From Chloroflexota bacterium (GTDB lineage: Bacteria; Chloroflexota; UBA11872), in contig CBDBOH010000003.1 of assembly GCA_965208215.1 (NCBI GenBank), forward strand, positions 1,470,880 through 1,534,879: a stretch of 64,000 nucleotides of DNA. The letters run 5' to 3'. This document shows positions 36,621-46,489 of the stretch, in pieces. How positions within the stretch are numbered: the stretch's first letter is position 1; every line of letters begins with the position of its first letter. The translations under genes were made by a program, and so were the position numbers. The notes under the pieces were generated by a model that did no database searches, was not told the DNA's origin, and saw only the letters and a program-made list of their open reading frames with translations.

Positions 36621-37799
36621 TCACATTCCGCGGCAGCGAGTGGCAGCGGTCTGGCCGAGGGGTTCCAGTGATACCTGCCAGCGGGCCGGCGACCACGCAT
36701 CAACTGGTCGACGCGCGATGAATCGAACGAGACCCGCCAGTGCCCCAAGGTTGGCCAGCAGGGCGTAACGGGCCAGCAGCCATACATGCCTGAGTTGGCC
36801 AGTCGTCTGGAGGCTCAGGAGCGTTGATCCGATGATGAGACTTACCACTGTGGCCCAGATCGGCGGTCGCGCAAGCCGTACTGGGCTAACCAACGCGACA
36901 GTTCCCGCCAGTATCGCCGGCGGCGTTGCAATGCGAAGCAGCTTGTGACCCGCTAGCTTCCACCACAGGTCGCCTCGCCTGGGGTGGAGAAGTTCGGGCA
37001 AACCTTGAAGCGCGAACAGTGCCCCTGAGATCGTCCGAGCCCGTGTCGTTAGGGTCAGCACGGCCGCCGGGGCGCTGGCTTCCACCGTTCGGGCAGCTGG
37101 CGCCAAGACAATGCGCCTCGCCATCCTGGCGGCGCGAAGAGAGATCAGCAGATCGTCCGCCGCGCCCGCGCAGGGCGACGCGTCTATGGCCGTAGCACGT
37201 ACGGCGTAGAGCGCGCCGTCCGCACCGGCGATCGATCCGCTGGCGGACTCCAGGGCGCGAATCCAGCGCTCGTATCGCCAATAGAGCGATTCAGGCCCGT
37301 CGAAGACGTGCTTGGCGCCGGAGACGACGGCTACGGCGGGATCGGCGAACGGAGCTACCAGGTGACGCAAGGCGGCTCGATCAAGCTTCGCGTTGGCGTC
37401 CGAGAGAGCGACTATCTCGCCGCGAGCGTGCGGGAGTGCGGCGCGAATGGCCGCCAGCTTGCCCCGCTGGCACGGCAACTCGATGACTTGCAGTCGGGAA
37501 TCGATGGCCGCGCGTGCGGCGTTGGCCGTGTCGTCGGTGCAGCCGTCGCAGACCACAATGCAGGTGACTCGATCATGGGGGTAGTCCAATTCGAAGACGT
37601 TGCGAATTTTCGCGCCGATCAGCGCGCCCTCGTTGAACGCGGCAATCACGAAGGTGACCGGAGGTCGAATCGTTGGGTCAGCTACAACACGCCGTGGCCG
37701 CAGGATCGACGCGGCCCAAACGAGGGCCGGGTAGCCCGCATAGGCGGCCAGGGGAACGCCAGTCAGCGTTGCCAGACCAAGCCGGCGTCTGGCCTTCAC
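36621..37799 (-). CDS. family-2 glycosyltransferase (membrane-bound)
   Basis: VTFVIAAFNEGALIGAKIRNV...VVCDGCTDDTANAA...ALSDANAK. Confidence 0.7.
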   Translation of the reverse strand: MKARRRLGLATLTGVPLAAYAGYPALVWAASILRPRRVVADPTIRPPVTFVIAAFNEGALIGAKIRNVFELDYPHDRVTCIVVCDGCTDDTANAARAAIDSRLQVIELPCQRGKLAAIRAALPHARGEIVALSDANAKLDRAALRHLVAPFADPAVAVVSGAKHVFDGPESLYWRYERWIRALESASGSIAGADGALYAVRATAIDASPCAGAADDLLISLRAARMARRIVLAPAARTVEASAPAAVLTLTTRARTISGALFALQGLPELLHPRRGDLWWKLAGHKLLRIATPPAILAGTVALVSPVRLARPPIWATVVSLIIGSTLLSLQTTGQLRHVWLLARYALLANLGALAGLVRFIARRPVDAWSPARWQVSLEPLGQTAATRCRGM

Positions 37800-39049
37800 G
37801 CTCGGTTAGGGCGCCGGGACCTGTGCCTGCCGCAGGAAAGAGACAGGCCAAGGACCAACCAGAACGGCAGGTTTCCGCGCGCGCCGGGCGCGATCGTGTC
37901 GGTCAGGCCGTACACGAAATAGGCCAGCAAGGAGCCCAGCAGGCCGACCGCAAGTAGCTGGAACCAGTGGTGGCTGGCCTGTCGCGCCGTTGAAACTATT
38001 CCGTGCACGGCGATCCCCACCACTGCGCTGAGCAGGGCGAATCCAGGGAGGCCGAGGTCAAGCAGCGCCTGCAGGGTGAAGTTGTGGGCGTGTGGGACGT
38101 GCGGCGCGACTGAGGCGCCAAGTTCAGGGAAGATGGCCTTGAGGGCCAGCGGAAAATGACCGGGACCGATGCCTGTATAGAGGTGGCCCCCGATCAACAC
38201 AAGGCCGGCCGACCAAATGTGGAGTCTTCCCGCGAGGGTGTCAGTCGTGGAGTCGATCGGCGCCAGCCAGGTCAACACCGCGGCAGCCGGTACGAGCACG
38301 ATTACGAGCGCAGCCGATGCGTTGAGCGCGACGCGCCGCGCACGTGTGCTTCTGATCCACGCGCACTTTCGCAGCCACCACCAGCCAACCAAGGTCAGAC
38401 CAGCTAGCGCCCCAACCATGGCGCTGCGCGACTGCACAAGCAGGAGCACCAGCAGCGTGAAAATCAGCAGGAGGGCCGCGACCGATCGGACGATTAGTCT
38501 GGACTTGGCGCGGTCCAGCGACAGCGCCAGGCTGAGCGGGGCCAGTAGGGCAAGCAGGCCGCCGATCTGGTTGGGACCGATCCCGCCTGTTCGGCCGCCG
38601 TGGTCGACGATTCGCGGCCCGGCCGGCAGCGCGGTGTATAGGCCATCGAGCGGTAGCAACTTTCCCTTCGGCCACTCAGTGAGGAATAGCGCCGCGACGG
38701 CGATCAGGCATGGCAGTCCAATGGCCAGTCCTAACCAGAGGACGCGGAGCCGCGCTACTAATGGCGGGTCGGCGCTGAGAAGATAGACCAGGGACAGGCC
38801 CAGCAGGACGCCGAAGAGCTTTGGCGCCGCGGCCTGCCAGCTGCTGATGGCCAGGGCGGTTACGCAGGCCCATGAGGCGCAGGCGGCCAGCAGCTTGTCG
38901 GTGGTTCGGATCACCAGGGGAAGTCCGGCGACGCGTCGGGCCAGCAGAATCAGCGGAAACGGCGCGAGGGCGAAGCCGCCGAGGGGTCCGCCGAACCAGA
39001 TCGCGGGCGCGGCGGCGAGGAGGACGAGCGGTCCGGCGATCGGAATCAA
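37796..39049 (-). CDS. O-antigen ligase/polymerase (Wzy/WaaL-like) family membrane protein
   Basis: About 10 predicted TM helices with a central periplasmic loop; ...IGGHLYTGIGPGHF...HAHNFTLQALLDLGLPGF. Confidence 0.55.
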   Translation of the reverse strand: MIPIAGPLVLLAAAPAIWFGGPLGGFALAPFPLILLARRVAGLPLVIRTTDKLLAACASWACVTALAISSWQAAAPKLFGVLLGLSLVYLLSADPPLVARLRVLWLGLAIGLPCLIAVAALFLTEWPKGKLLPLDGLYTALPAGPRIVDHGGRTGGIGPNQIGGLLALLAPLSLALSLDRAKSRLIVRSVAALLLIFTLLVLLLVQSRSAMVGALAGLTLVGWWWLRKCAWIRSTRARRVALNASAALVIVLVPAAAVLTWLAPIDSTTDTLAGRLHIWSAGLVLIGGHLYTGIGPGHFPLALKAIFPELGASVAPHVPHAHNFTLQALLDLGLPGFALLSAVVGIAVHGIVSTARQASHHWFQLLAVGLLGSLLAYFVYGLTDTIAPGARGNLPFWLVLGLSLSCGRHRSRRPNRA

Positions 39050-39111
39050 CAGCGAGGACCGCGCTCCGGATGCACCGTCGGCGGCCTCGCGGGCTTCGTT
39101 GTCCTGCGTGG

Positions 39112-40164
39112 CTAACGATCCGTGAGGACGCGCGGGAGCCGAGCCGCAACCTCGACTCGTTGATGATTGCGGGAATACCAGTCAGTCGTGGTGCGTAGAC
39201 CGTCGGCAAAACGGATGCCCGGCGTCCAGGCCAGGAGGCTCTCGGCCAGGGAGGGATCGGCTACCCGGTTCATGGGACCGGTGGGCATGTCCTGGCGAAG
39301 TCGAATCTTGGGATCGTGACCTGTGAGGAGTAGTACCTGTTGCACAGCGTCGCTGACGTGGATGCGTTCGCGTGTCCCGAGGTTGACGGCGCGGGCGTCG
39401 TCGATGCGGGTGGCGGCCAGGAGCGTGCCGTCCACGATGTCGCTCACGTAGGTCCAGTTGCGCACCTGGCGGCCGGAGCCCCAGACCTCGAACGGGTCTT
39501 GTCGGATGAAGGCTCGCGCGATCATGGCCATGACCGCGTGGTTCTCGTGGCCGCGGGGTCCGTAGACGGTGAAGTAGCGGCAGCTCACGGACTTCAGGCC
39601 GTGCTCCCGGTACAGGGCGCGGAGACTCAGCTCGCCCATCAGCTTGGCCCAGCCGTACATGTTGTCGGCGTCGTAGGGCGGGCCGACCTGGTCTTCGGTG
39701 AGAAACAGCCGTTCTGTTGGGTCGGTCTGCAGATGGTTCGGGTAGACGCAGCCGGACGAGGCGTAAACGACCCTTTGGACGCCGGCCAGGTGGCATGCCC
39801 GGAAGACGGTGCCATCGAGGAGGAGATTCGTTGCGCAGTCGCTCTGGTGGAGATCGACGTAGCCGCGTCCGCCGTGATTGGCGGCGAGGTGAATGACGGT
39901 GTGTATGCCGGCGACGGCTGCCGCTGCGACACGAGGGTCCAGGAGATCGGCCTGTTCGAACTCGATGGCGCCGGAGTCGACGTGGCGGCTGATGTTGGCG
40001 AGCTTGCCGCTGCTGAGATCGTCAACGACACGGACCCGGGCGTTCATGGCCACCAACGCGTCGACCAGGTGGGAGCCGATGAACGAGGCGCCGCCGGTAA
40101 TCAGGACGGGGCGGCCGACAAATGCCTGAGCTACCTCAGCGGAACGGTCGTCTTGATCGTTCAC
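39112..40164 (-). CDS. NAD-dependent epimerase/dehydratase (extended SDR; UDP-sugar modifying)
   Basis: GTG start 40164 with GAAGGG SD: M-NDQDDRSAEVAQAFVGRPVLITGGASFIGSHLVDAL...YASSGCVYP (listed ORF extends to 40281). Confidence 0.75.
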   Translation of the reverse strand: MNDQDDRSAEVAQAFVGRPVLITGGASFIGSHLVDALVAMNARVRVVDDLSSGKLANISRHVDSGAIEFEQADLLDPRVAAAAVAGIHTVIHLAANHGGRGYVDLHQSDCATNLLLDGTVFRACHLAGVQRVVYASSGCVYPNHLQTDPTERLFLTEDQVGPPYDADNMYGWAKLMGELSLRALYREHGLKSVSCRYFTVYGPRGHENHAVMAMIARAFIRQDPFEVWGSGRQVRNWTYVSDIVDGTLLAATRIDDARAVNLGTRERIHVSDAVQQVLLLTGHDPKIRLRQDMPTGPMNRVADPSLAESLLAWTPGIRFADGLRTTTDWYSRNHQRVEVAARLPRVLTDR

Positions 40165-40174
40165 GGACTGCCCT

Positions 40175-41401
40175 TCATCGCCCGGGCACTCCGGGGAGCG
40201 ACTCGAGAATTGCCGCTTGCCTGGCAACGACTCTGGAACGGTCGAATTCGTTTTCGGCGAACGCGCGTCCCGCGGCGCCAAGCTGGCGGCGGCGATCCGG
40301 GTCGGCCAGCAATTCGGCTATCGCATCGCGAAGCAAGCCGGGTGTTTCCGGTTCGACGACGAGACCGCACTTGGCTCTTCGAATCAGCCGCGCCGCCTCG
40401 CTGTCGGCGTGCACGGAGGCGACGACGGGAAGGCCTGCGGCCATGTAGGTGACGAGCTTTGAAGGGACGACCGCATCGATTACGTGGCGGCGCTGGGTCA
40501 GAAGCGCTACGTCCGACGCGGCCAGAATGTCAGCCAGGTCCGGCCGTGAGAGGAACGGTAGTACGCGCATGCGACCGGCGGGCGCCGAGCGCTCGATAGC
40601 GAGCCGCTCGGGTCCATCGCCCACGAGGACCCAGCAGGCCTCCGTCTGATCTTCGCCGGCCGCTTGAACAGCGACCTGCAAACCCTGCTTACGGCCGATG
40701 CCGCCGATGTGCGTGACGAGCGGTTGACCCGGGTCCAGACCGTGACGCCGGCGGATTTCGGCGCGCGTTCTAGTGGGCCGGAAGCTGTCCAGATCCTCGG
40801 AATCGGGCACGACATGAAGTTTTCGACCGCGCATGCCATGCCGGGTCAGTTCCTCGGCGAAACCCTCACTGAGGACGACAACGGCGTCAGCGTGCCTATA
40901 GGCCGCGTACTCCACGGCTCGCAGGAGGCGGACCAGGACGGGGTGCCGGATGATTCCTACGGAAGCTCCGGCGTTCACGGCAAGGTCGGCAACTTTGGCG
41001 ACCCAGGGGCGACGCCGAATCCAAGCAACGAGTGCCGTGGCCGCCGCGACGGCGGGCTGGGCGCCGACGTAGAGATTGACGTCCGCGCGCGGAAGCAGCA
41101 GGGCCGTAAGGCCAGCGATCAGGGCAAACGACCCGTCGTAGAGCAGGCGAGGGATGAGCGCTCCGGGATGCGCCGGGATGTAGGACGGCACACGGATGAC
41201 TCGCACTCCGTCGAGCGTTTGGCACAAGAAACCGGACTGCCGGTACTCGGGATAGACGCGCCAAGCCGGGTAATGGGGCTTGGCGGTGACCACACACACG
41301 TCGTCGCCGCCGGCGGCCAAATGGCGACAGAGGGCGGCGGTGTGGGGCGCAATGCCAGCCACCTCGGGCGGGTAGTTGATGCCGATGACGACCACGCGCA
41401 T
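40175..41401 (-). CDS. family-4 glycosyltransferase (WbuB-like)
   Basis: MRVVVIGINYPPEVAGIAPHTAAL... N-terminal signature; internal ATG 41401 of listed ORF 40175..41542. Confidence 0.7.
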   Translation of the reverse strand: MRVVVIGINYPPEVAGIAPHTAALCRHLAAGGDDVCVVTAKPHYPAWRVYPEYRQSGFLCQTLDGVRVIRVPSYIPAHPGALIPRLLYDGSFALIAGLTALLLPRADVNLYVGAQPAVAAATALVAWIRRRPWVAKVADLAVNAGASVGIIRHPVLVRLLRAVEYAAYRHADAVVVLSEGFAEELTRHGMRGRKLHVVPDSEDLDSFRPTRTRAEIRRRHGLDPGQPLVTHIGGIGRKQGLQVAVQAAGEDQTEACWVLVGDGPERLAIERSAPAGRMRVLPFLSRPDLADILAASDVALLTQRRHVIDAVVPSKLVTYMAAGLPVVASVHADSEAARLIRRAKCGLVVEPETPGLLRDAIAELLADPDRRRQLGAAGRAFAENEFDRSRVVARQAAILESLPGVPGR

Positions 41402-41412
41402 GGTTGGAGCGG

Positions 41413-42276
41413 CTAGCGCCGGGCCACGACTTTCAACGAATTGCCCCAGCGGCCAAATGCGAGGTTCAGCAGGCGGTACGCCTGGACAGAGACCGCGAAC
41501 AACGGAAAACCGTCGGCCATTCGGTAGATCGCGAAGGTCCATGGCTGGTAGTAGACGAAGTCACGGGCTGCGCGGACGTGCCGCCAGCCGCAAGCCGCGA
41601 TTCGCGCCCGTACTCTGGCGGCGTTGAGTCGCCGCACCGCGTTTCCGGCAGGTTCTACGTCGGCAGCCAGGCCCACCGCCACAGCAAGCCGGGTGAGGGC
41701 CGCGCAGGCTGGTTCCATGACAACCAGCTCGTGCCTTGCCACGCGTGCCATCTCGTCCACGGCGCAATAGGGATCGTCCAGGTGGTGTAGCCCGTCGTGG
41801 ACGAGTGCCATGCCGAAACACCGGTTGCGGAACGGAAGCCGGGTGGCGTCTCCGCGCACGAGCGAGATCTTGAACCCATGCCGCTGTGCGCGGATGCGGG
41901 CTCGCGCCAGCGCTTCAGGCGAAATATCGAGGATCGTTGGCCGGATATCCAGGCGTGCGAGCCACTCGGCGTCCATGCCCGATCCGCCGCAGACGCAGAG
42001 GACGCTGGTCGACGTTATGTGCCCGAGTAGCCGGAGCGCACGATGAAACTTGCTCTCGATGAGCAAGCGGACCGGCCGCGGATAGTGGTGGGGCCGTTCG
42101 ATCTCGCTCTCGGCGTCCTGCGACGCATAGAACTTGATTTGGCGGGCGCGCGATTGCAATGCGGTCTCCAGGGCGTCCAATTGGCCGCTGCGTTTGCGCC
42201 CCGCCCTGGCAGCCGCGCACGGCTGGCAGGCGTACATCCTACGAGGCTGGGGGACCTTGCGGAAACACCCAGGCAA
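41413..42276 (-). CDS. class I SAM-dependent methyltransferase
   Basis: VLCVCGGSGMDAEWLA...ILDISPEALARAR...VHDGLHHLDDP. Confidence 0.65.
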   Translation of the reverse strand: MPGCFRKVPQPRRMYACQPCAAARAGRKRSGQLDALETALQSRARQIKFYASQDAESEIERPHHYPRPVRLLIESKFHRALRLLGHITSTSVLCVCGGSGMDAEWLARLDIRPTILDISPEALARARIRAQRHGFKISLVRGDATRLPFRNRCFGMALVHDGLHHLDDPYCAVDEMARVARHELVVMEPACAALTRLAVAVGLAADVEPAGNAVRRLNAARVRARIAACGWRHVRAARDFVYYQPWTFAIYRMADGFPLFAVSVQAYRLLNLAFGRWGNSLKVVARR

Positions 42277-42296
42277 TCGGGCGCGCTACTCCAGAT

Positions 42297-43127
42297 CTAT
42301 GCGTGAAGTCCGACCAGGCCGCGCTGAACGGCAATGCGCTCGCAGAGGGCGTAGGCCCAGGCTCCGGCTGCCACGCTTGCGAGGGCTATGGCGGCGACGA
42401 GCAGGAATTCAATCTCGATCGGAAAGATCGAGGGCGTTCCGATGGTCGTTGCGCGGAGAAGGTCGACGATGTAGGTGTAGGGGTTGACGTAGGTGATCCA
42501 GCGGAGGCTCCAGGGCAGGATGGCGATTGGGTAGGTGGCGCCGGCCATGACCATGGCGAGCCCGCTGAGGAGTTCGGGCAAGCGAGCGCGGCGGGCCACC
42601 AGGCCGACGCCGGCGAGCGCGAGGCCGATCCCCCAGAATGCGACCAGGGCAAGAAGGAGCGCCACGATCGCAGCCAGCGTGACGGCGAACGTCTCGCCGC
42701 CAAACAGCATGCTGGCAATCAGCAGGATGAGGAGGCCGCGGAGAGCCGAGAAGCTGACATTGACCATCGTGGCGCCAGCCAGCGCCGTCCAGCGCGGCGC
42801 CTCGGTAGCCCAGAGGTGCGCGAGCGTCCCAAGCCGGTTGGATTTCTCCAGGAACTGGAAACCGCCCCACAGTGCGTCAGCGGCGACATTGAGAGCGACG
42901 AAACCAGCAGCGGCAAAGGCCAGGAAACTGCGGCCACCCCCACTGGCCTCGAAGCCAGCATCGCCAAAGGCCATGCCGCTCAGGGCGAGTGGAACGAAGA
43001 AGAGAAACGCCCAGCCAGCCTGGTAAACCCATAGAGACTTGAAACGCGCGGTCTCCAGCCACTGCACACGCGCATTGGCGAGGATTGCCCGCGCTGACCA
43101 CGCCAACTCAGAACCTAGAGAAACCAC
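42297..43127 (-). CDS. ABC-2 type transporter permease (Wzm-like polysaccharide exporter)
   Basis: 6 TM segments; ABC-2 permease-like layout. Confidence 0.6.
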   Translation of the reverse strand: MVSLGSELAWSARAILANARVQWLETARFKSLWVYQAGWAFLFFVPLALSGMAFGDAGFEASGGGRSFLAFAAAGFVALNVAADALWGGFQFLEKSNRLGTLAHLWATEAPRWTALAGATMVNVSFSALRGLLILLIASMLFGGETFAVTLAAIVALLLALVAFWGIGLALAGVGLVARRARLPELLSGLAMVMAGATYPIAILPWSLRWITYVNPYTYIVDLLRATTIGTPSIFPIEIEFLLVAAIALASVAAGAWAYALCERIAVQRGLVGLHA

Positions 43128-44093
43128 TTACATCCACTCCAGCTCGCCCTTGGATCGGGCCGCGGCATCCATCACCCTCAGCAGGACGAGTCCGGCCGCC
43201 CCGTAGACCAGGGCCATTACGACCAGCACGCCGCACGAACGCATGGCGTCTGTCACGTCACCAAAGACGAGAGCCTCACGCAAACCATGGAGCAGCCAGG
43301 TGGGCGGGAGGAGCCTGGAAGCCCACTGGGCCCAGTCCGGAAGCACGGCTATGGGGTAGGCGATTCCGGCAAGAATTCCTGTTGTCATCAGGAACAAGGA
43401 CACGAGGTAGTGAGCCTCGCGGTAGCGAACGGTGAATGCGGCCAGTGGGAGGGCGAGCCCGACCATCGCCAGCGCGCCGCACACCAGAACAGCCAGGGCA
43501 GGTCCGACGTTGGCCTCCAGTGGAAACCTAAAGAGCGCCCAGGCACCACCGAATGCCGCTACCGCCATAACCGCCGGCGCCAGCGCGTGCCCCAGTGCGC
43601 CGCCACAGGTCAAAACCACACGCGATACGGCCGAAGTCCAAAGGGTCGGCAGTGTGCCGAGGTTCCGGTTGAGACGCAGATCGAAGGAAAGCGCCGAGAG
43701 CATCCAGCCCGCATAGAGAAACGCGATGGCACCTATCACCGAGTAGGCGATGTACGCGTCTGTTCCGGCGAGGTCCGCAAAGCGCCGAAGGCCCTCTTCA
43801 TTTGGGCCCGCCAAGGCGATCGTGGCCAGCACGATGGGCAGCACCCACTGCATCGTTCCGAGCAGGCCCGACGTCAGAAAGTACGGCTGCCGGCGATCGA
43901 TCCTCCAGCCCTTGCGAGCAAGCGCGAGCAAGGCGCGAAGCTCTCCGTGAACCTGCGACGCGCTAGCGTTCAATGAAGGGCCGCTCGATGCGTGAGCCGG
44001 TGATGGCGATGTAGGCGTCTTCCAGGTCGGGTTCGCGGAGGCGGGCTTGTTCGACCGCAATGCCGCGCGCGACGAGTTCGGTGGTGAGAGCAT
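43128..44093 (-). CDS. second ABC-2 type transporter permease (start uncertain)
   Basis: Multi-TM ORF; the real start is probably internal, e.g. TTG near 43940, overlapping the ATPase stop. Confidence 0.45.
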   Translation of the reverse strand: MLSPPNSSRAALRSNKPASANPTWKTPTSPSPAHASSGPSLNASASQVHGELRALLALARKGWRIDRRQPYFLTSGLLGTMQWVLPIVLATIALAGPNEEGLRRFADLAGTDAYIAYSVIGAIAFLYAGWMLSALSFDLRLNRNLGTLPTLWTSAVSRVVLTCGGALGHALAPAVMAVAAFGGAWALFRFPLEANVGPALAVLVCGALAMVGLALPLAAFTVRYREAHYLVSLFLMTTGILAGIAYPIAVLPDWAQWASRLLPPTWLLHGLREALVFGDVTDAMRSCGVLVVMALVYGAAGLVLLRVMDAAARSKGELEWM

Positions 44094-45000
44094 CGCTGCT
44101 GCGCCAGCCCTCCTGAGCGCGAACGGCTACCGCAAACTCGCGGTCCCGGTTGACGTCGCCCCACCACAGGCCGTCCGCTCCGATAACCGCTTTGGCGACA
44201 GCCAGGTCGCCGCGCAGGAGCAGGTCGAGGCGGGGCATTTCGCCGGCCTGGCGGATGAGATCGGCCGGGCGGCCGTGGGCGACCAGCGAGCCGCTCTGGA
44301 TGATTCCGACGCGATCGCAGATCTGTTCGGCCTCGTAGAGGTTGTGGGTGGTGAGCAGGATGGCCGTGCCCGACTCGGCGATCTGGCGGATGAGGTGGCG
44401 GGCCTCGCGGGCAGCGACGGGGTCCAGAGCGGCGGTGGGTTCGTCGAGCAGCAGCACCGGCGGGTCGTGAAGCGTGGCGCGTGCGAGGTTGAGGCGTTGT
44501 TTCATGCCGGTGCTGTAGGTCTCGACGAGGTCATCCATTCGATCTTCAAGGCCGAAGCGGAGGGCGGCTGCCTCGATGCTTTCGCGGAGGCGCTCGCCGG
44601 GCATGAAGGACAGGGTGCCGAAGAGTTCGAGGTTTTCGCGGCCGGACAGCCGCCAGTACATGCCGCGCTCGCCGGCGAAGAGGACGCCGATGTTGCGGCG
44701 GACCTGGCGCGGCGAGCGGGTTACGTCGAAACCAGCCACAGAGGCGCTGCCGGAGGTGGGTTCCAGCAGGGTGGCGAGCATCTTGACGGTGGTGGTTTTG
44801 CCCGCGCCGTTGGGACCCAGGAGGCCGAAGCAGTGGCCTGGGGAAATCTCCAAGTCCAAGTCGTTGACGGCGACGATGCGCTTGGGTTCGGCGGGTTCGG
44901 CCCGGAATCGCGGAAGGAGACCGCGCAGGCCGCGGCGTACCCGTGGCTCGAAGACACGGGTCAGCGACCGTACCGACACGGCGGGCGGCTGCGAGCTCAT
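43963..45000 (-). CDS. ABC transporter ATP-binding protein
   Basis: Walker A LLGPNGAGKTT, signature YSTGMKQRLNLA, Walker B LLLDEPTAALD. Confidence 0.85.
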   Translation of the reverse strand: MSSQPPAVSVRSLTRVFEPRVRRGLRGLLPRFRAEPAEPKRIVAVNDLDLEISPGHCFGLLGPNGAGKTTTVKMLATLLEPTSGSASVAGFDVTRSPRQVRRNIGVLFAGERGMYWRLSGRENLELFGTLSFMPGERLRESIEAAALRFGLEDRMDDLVETYSTGMKQRLNLARATLHDPPVLLLDEPTAALDPVAAREARHLIRQIAESGTAILLTTHNLYEAEQICDRVGIIQSGSLVAHGRPADLIRQAGEMPRLDLLLRGDLAVAKAVIGADGLWWGDVNRDREFAVAVRAQEGWRSSDALTTELVARGIAVEQARLREPDLEDAYIAITGSRIERPFIER

Positions 45001-45043
45001 GTGCGGTAAATCGCTTCTCGCCCGCGATTCGTTGCGCGGCCGG

Positions 45044-46456
45044 TCAGCCGCCTCCGCCGCCGCCGGCGCGCACGCCGGGCTCGGTCATGGGCGCGGGGTC
45101 CAGGGCCTCGGCCAATTCCGTTGCGGGCAGATCGGTCATGCGAGCAGCCACGACGGGGATAGTCTCGCCGGTGGCGACCGCCTGCTTGGCGATCTCGGCG
45201 GCGGCAGCGTAGCCGATCTTGGGGGCCAGGGCGGTGGCGAGCATGGTGTTGCGCTCCAGCCAGTAGCGCAGCATCTCGTCGTCGGTCTCCAGGCCGTCGA
45301 CGCCCTTGCGCGCAAATGCCAACGCGCCCGTGCCGAGGATTTCGATGGACTGGCAGAGGTTGTGCGCGATCAGGGGCATCATCACGTTCAGTTCCAGTTG
45401 GCCGGCGGTGACCGCCGAGGCGATGGCGAGGTCGTTGCCCTGGACCTGGAAGCAGATCATGTTGAGGCACTCGGCCATGACGGGGTTGATCTTGCCGGGC
45501 ATGATCGAGGAGCCGGGCTGCACCGGCGGCATGCGCAGTTCGGAGATACCGGTGCGCGGTCCCGATCCCAGCAGCCGAAAGTCGTTGGCGATCCGGTTCA
45601 GGTCCAGCGCCAGGGTGCGAAGGGCGCCGGAGAGCTGGGCGAAGCGGGCCATGCTCTGCATGGCGTAGAAATAGTCGGTTGACTGCCGAACCTCGAAGCC
45701 GGTCAGGTCGGCGATGACTTCGACTACCCGGGACTGATAGGCCGGTTCGGCGTTGAGGCCGCTGCCGACGGCGGTGCCGCCCAGGCTCAGTTCGAGGCTG
45801 GCGTCAGCGGCTTCACGGATGGCGTCAGCGTTGCGCCTAATGGCTTCGGCGTAGGCGCCGAACTCCTGGCCGAGACGCACCGGCGTGGCGTCTTGCAGGT
45901 GGGTGCGGCCCGACTTGACGATGCCGTCCCAGGCGACCGCCTTGGCTTGCAGGCTCTCGGCCAGGATGTCGAGCGAGTCGTGAAGGTCCGGCAGCAGCTT
46001 CAGCGCGGCCAGGGCGATGGCGGTGGGGATCAGGTCGTTGGTGGACTGCGCCATGTTGACGTGGTCGTTGGGGTGGATGGGGTCGTAGCTGCCGCGCGGC
46101 CGGCCCAGGAGTTCATTGGCGCGATTGGCCAGCAGCTCGTTGGCGTTCATGTTGTGTGACGTGCCGGCGCCGGCCTGGAAGACGTCGACCACGAACTGGT
46201 CGGCATGCCGGCCGTCCAGCACCTCGTCCGCGGCGCGGACGATGACGTCGGCCAGGTCGCCGTCCAGGCGGCCGGTCTGCTTATGCGCGACGGCGGCGGC
46301 TTTCTTGATCAGGACGGTGGCCCAGACGAACGCGTGGTGCGGTGCCAGTCCGCTGATTGGGAAGTTCTCGACGGCTCGTTGGGTCTGCACGCCGTAAAGC
46401 GCGGATTCCGGGACTTCCAGTGCGCCTAGTGGATCGCTTTCGGTTCGTGTCTGCAT
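45044..46456 (-). CDS. aspartate ammonia-lyase / class II fumarate hydratase family lyase
   Basis: GVQTQRAVENFPISG...GSSIMPGKINPVMAE. Confidence 0.75.
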   Translation of the reverse strand: MQTRTESDPLGALEVPESALYGVQTQRAVENFPISGLAPHHAFVWATVLIKKAAAVAHKQTGRLDGDLADVIVRAADEVLDGRHADQFVVDVFQAGAGTSHNMNANELLANRANELLGRPRGSYDPIHPNDHVNMAQSTNDLIPTAIALAALKLLPDLHDSLDILAESLQAKAVAWDGIVKSGRTHLQDATPVRLGQEFGAYAEAIRRNADAIREAADASLELSLGGTAVGSGLNAEPAYQSRVVEVIADLTGFEVRQSTDYFYAMQSMARFAQLSGALRTLALDLNRIANDFRLLGSGPRTGISELRMPPVQPGSSIMPGKINPVMAECLNMICFQVQGNDLAIASAVTAGQLELNVMMPLIAHNLCQSIEILGTGALAFARKGVDGLETDDEMLRYWLERNTMLATALAPKIGYAAAAEIAKQAVATGETIPVVAARMTDLPATELAEALDPAPMTEPGVRAGGGGGG

Positions 46457-46489
46457 CGAGTCCTGCTCCTTCGTAGCTGCGTGTGGCGG

